Part shown: one piece after another, positions 62,361-64,000 of the stretch
Numbering within the stretch: position 1 is the first letter of the stretch
How the letters are laid out: each line of letters opens with the position of its first letter
Program-made: the position numbers and the translations under genes
Notes under the pieces: generated by a model
Database searches by the model: none
What the model saw: only the letters and a program-made list of their open reading frames with translations
Told to the model about the DNA's origin: nothing
DNA from: Negativicutes bacterium
Lineage (GTDB): Bacteria > Bacillota > Negativicutes > UBA1444
Direction: 5' to 3'
Length of the DNA stretch: 64,000 nucleotides
Assembly: GCA_963665275.2 (NCBI GenBank)
Contig: CAXXIN010000018.1
Location: forward strand, 128,001 to 192,000

Positions 62361-64000
62361 ATGGAAGTCTTTCTAGCTGAACATATGGGTTTTTGCTATG
62401 GTGTGCGCCGGGCGGTGGAGATGGCAAGGGCGGAGGCCGACAAAGCCGGATCCACAGTTTTTACCCTAGGCCCGTTAATTCATAATCCCCAGATGATTGA
62501 AAAATTGAGGTCGCAGGGAGTCGAGGTGGCAGAATCTCTCGAGTCGACTGTCGGCTCAACGGTATTGATTCGCTCTCACGGTGTCGGACCTGACGTTTAT
62601 CAACAGGCATCTCGCTTGGAGATTTCCCTGGTGGATGCGACCTGTCCGCATGTGAAAAAAGCGCAGATTGCTGCCAGGGCTTTTGCCGACAGAGGACTTC
62701 AAGTCGTGGTAGCGGGGGAACGCAATCATCCGGAAGTAAAGAGCATACTGGAATGGGCCGGACCTAGGGCAATCGCGGCTGAAACGGCGGCGGATATTGC
62801 GCAGGCTGCTCTTGCGGAGAAAGTTGGAATTGTATCGCAGACGACTCTGGAGCGAGGGATTTTTGAAGAAATCCTGATGGCAATTCGACGCCGTAATATT
62901 GACCCGGAAGTTAATCCCACGATCTGCTGCGCTACAGAAGAGAGACAAAAGGCGGCGATGCGTCTGTCGGAAAAAGTTGAGGCCATGGTTGTCGTGGGGG
63001 GACGAAACAGCGCCAATACCCGGCATCTGGCTGAAATTTGCCGCAAGACGGGCGTACAGACCTATCCTGTGGAAACGGCGGCAGAATTGAAGCCGGAATG
63101 GTTTCTTGGTATCAAAAAAGCAGGCATTACGGCTGGAGCTTCGACTCCGGACTGGATTATTGAGGAGGTAAAACAAAGGATGGAAACTATGGAACAGGTG
63201 AATTTGAACACAGGGGACCGTTTGGAGCAGGGCTCTATTTTGGCGGGAAAAGTAGTCGGGGTCAATGCTGATCTCGTATTCGTTGATATCGGCCAAAAGG
63301 CCGAAGGCACTATTGCCTTATCTGAGTTGGCGTGGCCCGCTCCGATGGATGCCCATGAGGTCGTTTCTATCGGCCAATTGTTAAATGTGTTGGTACTGGA
63401 ACCGGAGACCGTTGAAGGTACCGTAAAGTTGTCGAAATTGCAGGCTGATCGTCTGTTGGCGTGGGACCGGATGGAAGAGGCAATGAAAGACGGAGAGCCG
63501 GTTGAAGTGGCTGTCACTGCCTCGGTCAAGGGCGGTCTTTCCGTTGCCTTCTTCGGAATACGTTGCTTTATGCCGGCTTCCCAGGTGGACTCCTCTTTCG
63601 TGGAAGATTTATCACCGTACGTCGGAAAGACGATGGAGGCACTCCCGATCGAAGTGGATCGTGAAAAGCAGCGGGCCGTTTTTTCGCGGCGAGCACTGCT
63701 TGACATTCAGCGACGCGCAGCTGAAACCGTTGCGCTGGAAAAACTGGAGATTGGACAGGCACTATCCGGCGAAGTTCGACGCCTGGCATCTTTCGGCGCT
63801 TTCGTTGACGTCGGTGGTATCGAGGGTCTGGTGCATGTTTCTGAAATGGCCTGGCACCGGGTTAAAGACGCGGCGGACCTTGTCAAGGTGGGAGACGAAG
63901 TCAAAGTACAGGTATTAAAGGTTGACAAGGAGCTGCACAAGGTATCTCTTGGCATGAAACAGTTGCAGCAGGACCCCTGGCTCACGGCGGTGGCTGAATT
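62361..64000 (+). CDS. ispH: Bifunctional IspH / 30S ribosomal protein S1 fusion (runs off window)
   Basis: Manual translation: MGFCYGVRRAV, LGPLIHN, IRSHG, DATCP, HPEV, SQTT, TIC.AT, SANT, TAGASTP, then in-frame S1 repeats (FVDIG, KGG, FGAFVDVGGIEGLVHVSE, VSLGMKQLQQDPW). Confidence 0.95.
   Translation, partial: MEVFLAEHMGFCYGVRRAVEMARAEADKAGSTVFTLGPLIHNPQMIEKLRSQGVEVAESLESTVGSTVLIRSHGVGPDVYQQASRLEISLVDATCPHVKKAQIAARAFADRGLQVVVAGERNHPEVKSILEWAGPRAIAAETAADIAQAALAEKVGIVSQTTLERGIFEEILMAIRRRNIDPEVNPTICCATEERQKAAMRLSEKVEAMVVVGGRNSANTRHLAEICRKTGVQTYPVETAAELKPEWFLGIKKAGITAGASTPDWIIEEVKQRMETMEQVNLNTGDRLEQGSILAGKVVGVNADLVFVDIGQKAEGTIALSELAWPAPMDAHEVVSIGQLLNVLVLEPETVEGTVKLSKLQADRLLAWDRMEEAMKDGEPVEVAVTASVKGGLSVAFFGIRCFMPASQVDSSFVEDLSPYVGKTMEALPIEVDREKQRAVFSRRALLDIQRRAAETVALEKLEIGQALSGEVRRLASFGAFVDVGGIEGLVHVSEMAWHRVKDAADLVKVGDEVKVQVLKVDKELHKVSLGMKQLQQDPWLTAVAE

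Overview
Mostly + strand chromosomal window from an anaerobic Firmicute. A Negativicutes/Sporomusaceae-like origin is inferred from gene content and order only. The left end is the conserved rpsT<-lepA-hemW-[CIRCE]hrcA-(group III thermosome-like chaperonin)-grpE-dnaK-dnaJ-prmA-rsmE-mtaB-HIT block. The right end is the conserved lysA-S2P-trpS-scpAB-rluB-aroA-cmk-plsC...ispH/rpsA block. The middle is accessory. It holds c-di-GMP enzymes, MFS transporters, prfC, a glycine-riboswitch-controlled orphan LivJ-type binding protein, and a 7.4-kb stress/mannoside cluster (GH130, small stress proteins, three secreted proteins, GT4, and a helical-domain/PMI-cupin fusion). It also holds nrdD, the nspC/carboxy(nor)spermidine dehydrogenase pair, and a 9-kb signalling island (CheY-CheC-DGC-decayed PilZ, two paralogous PAS3-PucR regulators flanking a lysine-less biotinyl/lipoyl-domain protein, and a PAS-GGDEF-degenerate EAL gene). 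No rRNA, tRNA, CRISPR array, transposase or integrase was seen. Many single-base indels at 55.7-60.7 kb look like sequencing/assembly error. The best candidates for undescribed systems are the PAS-PucR/lysine-less carrier module and the GH130/GT4/PMI-fusion cluster. All calls come from visual motif recognition; no searches were run.
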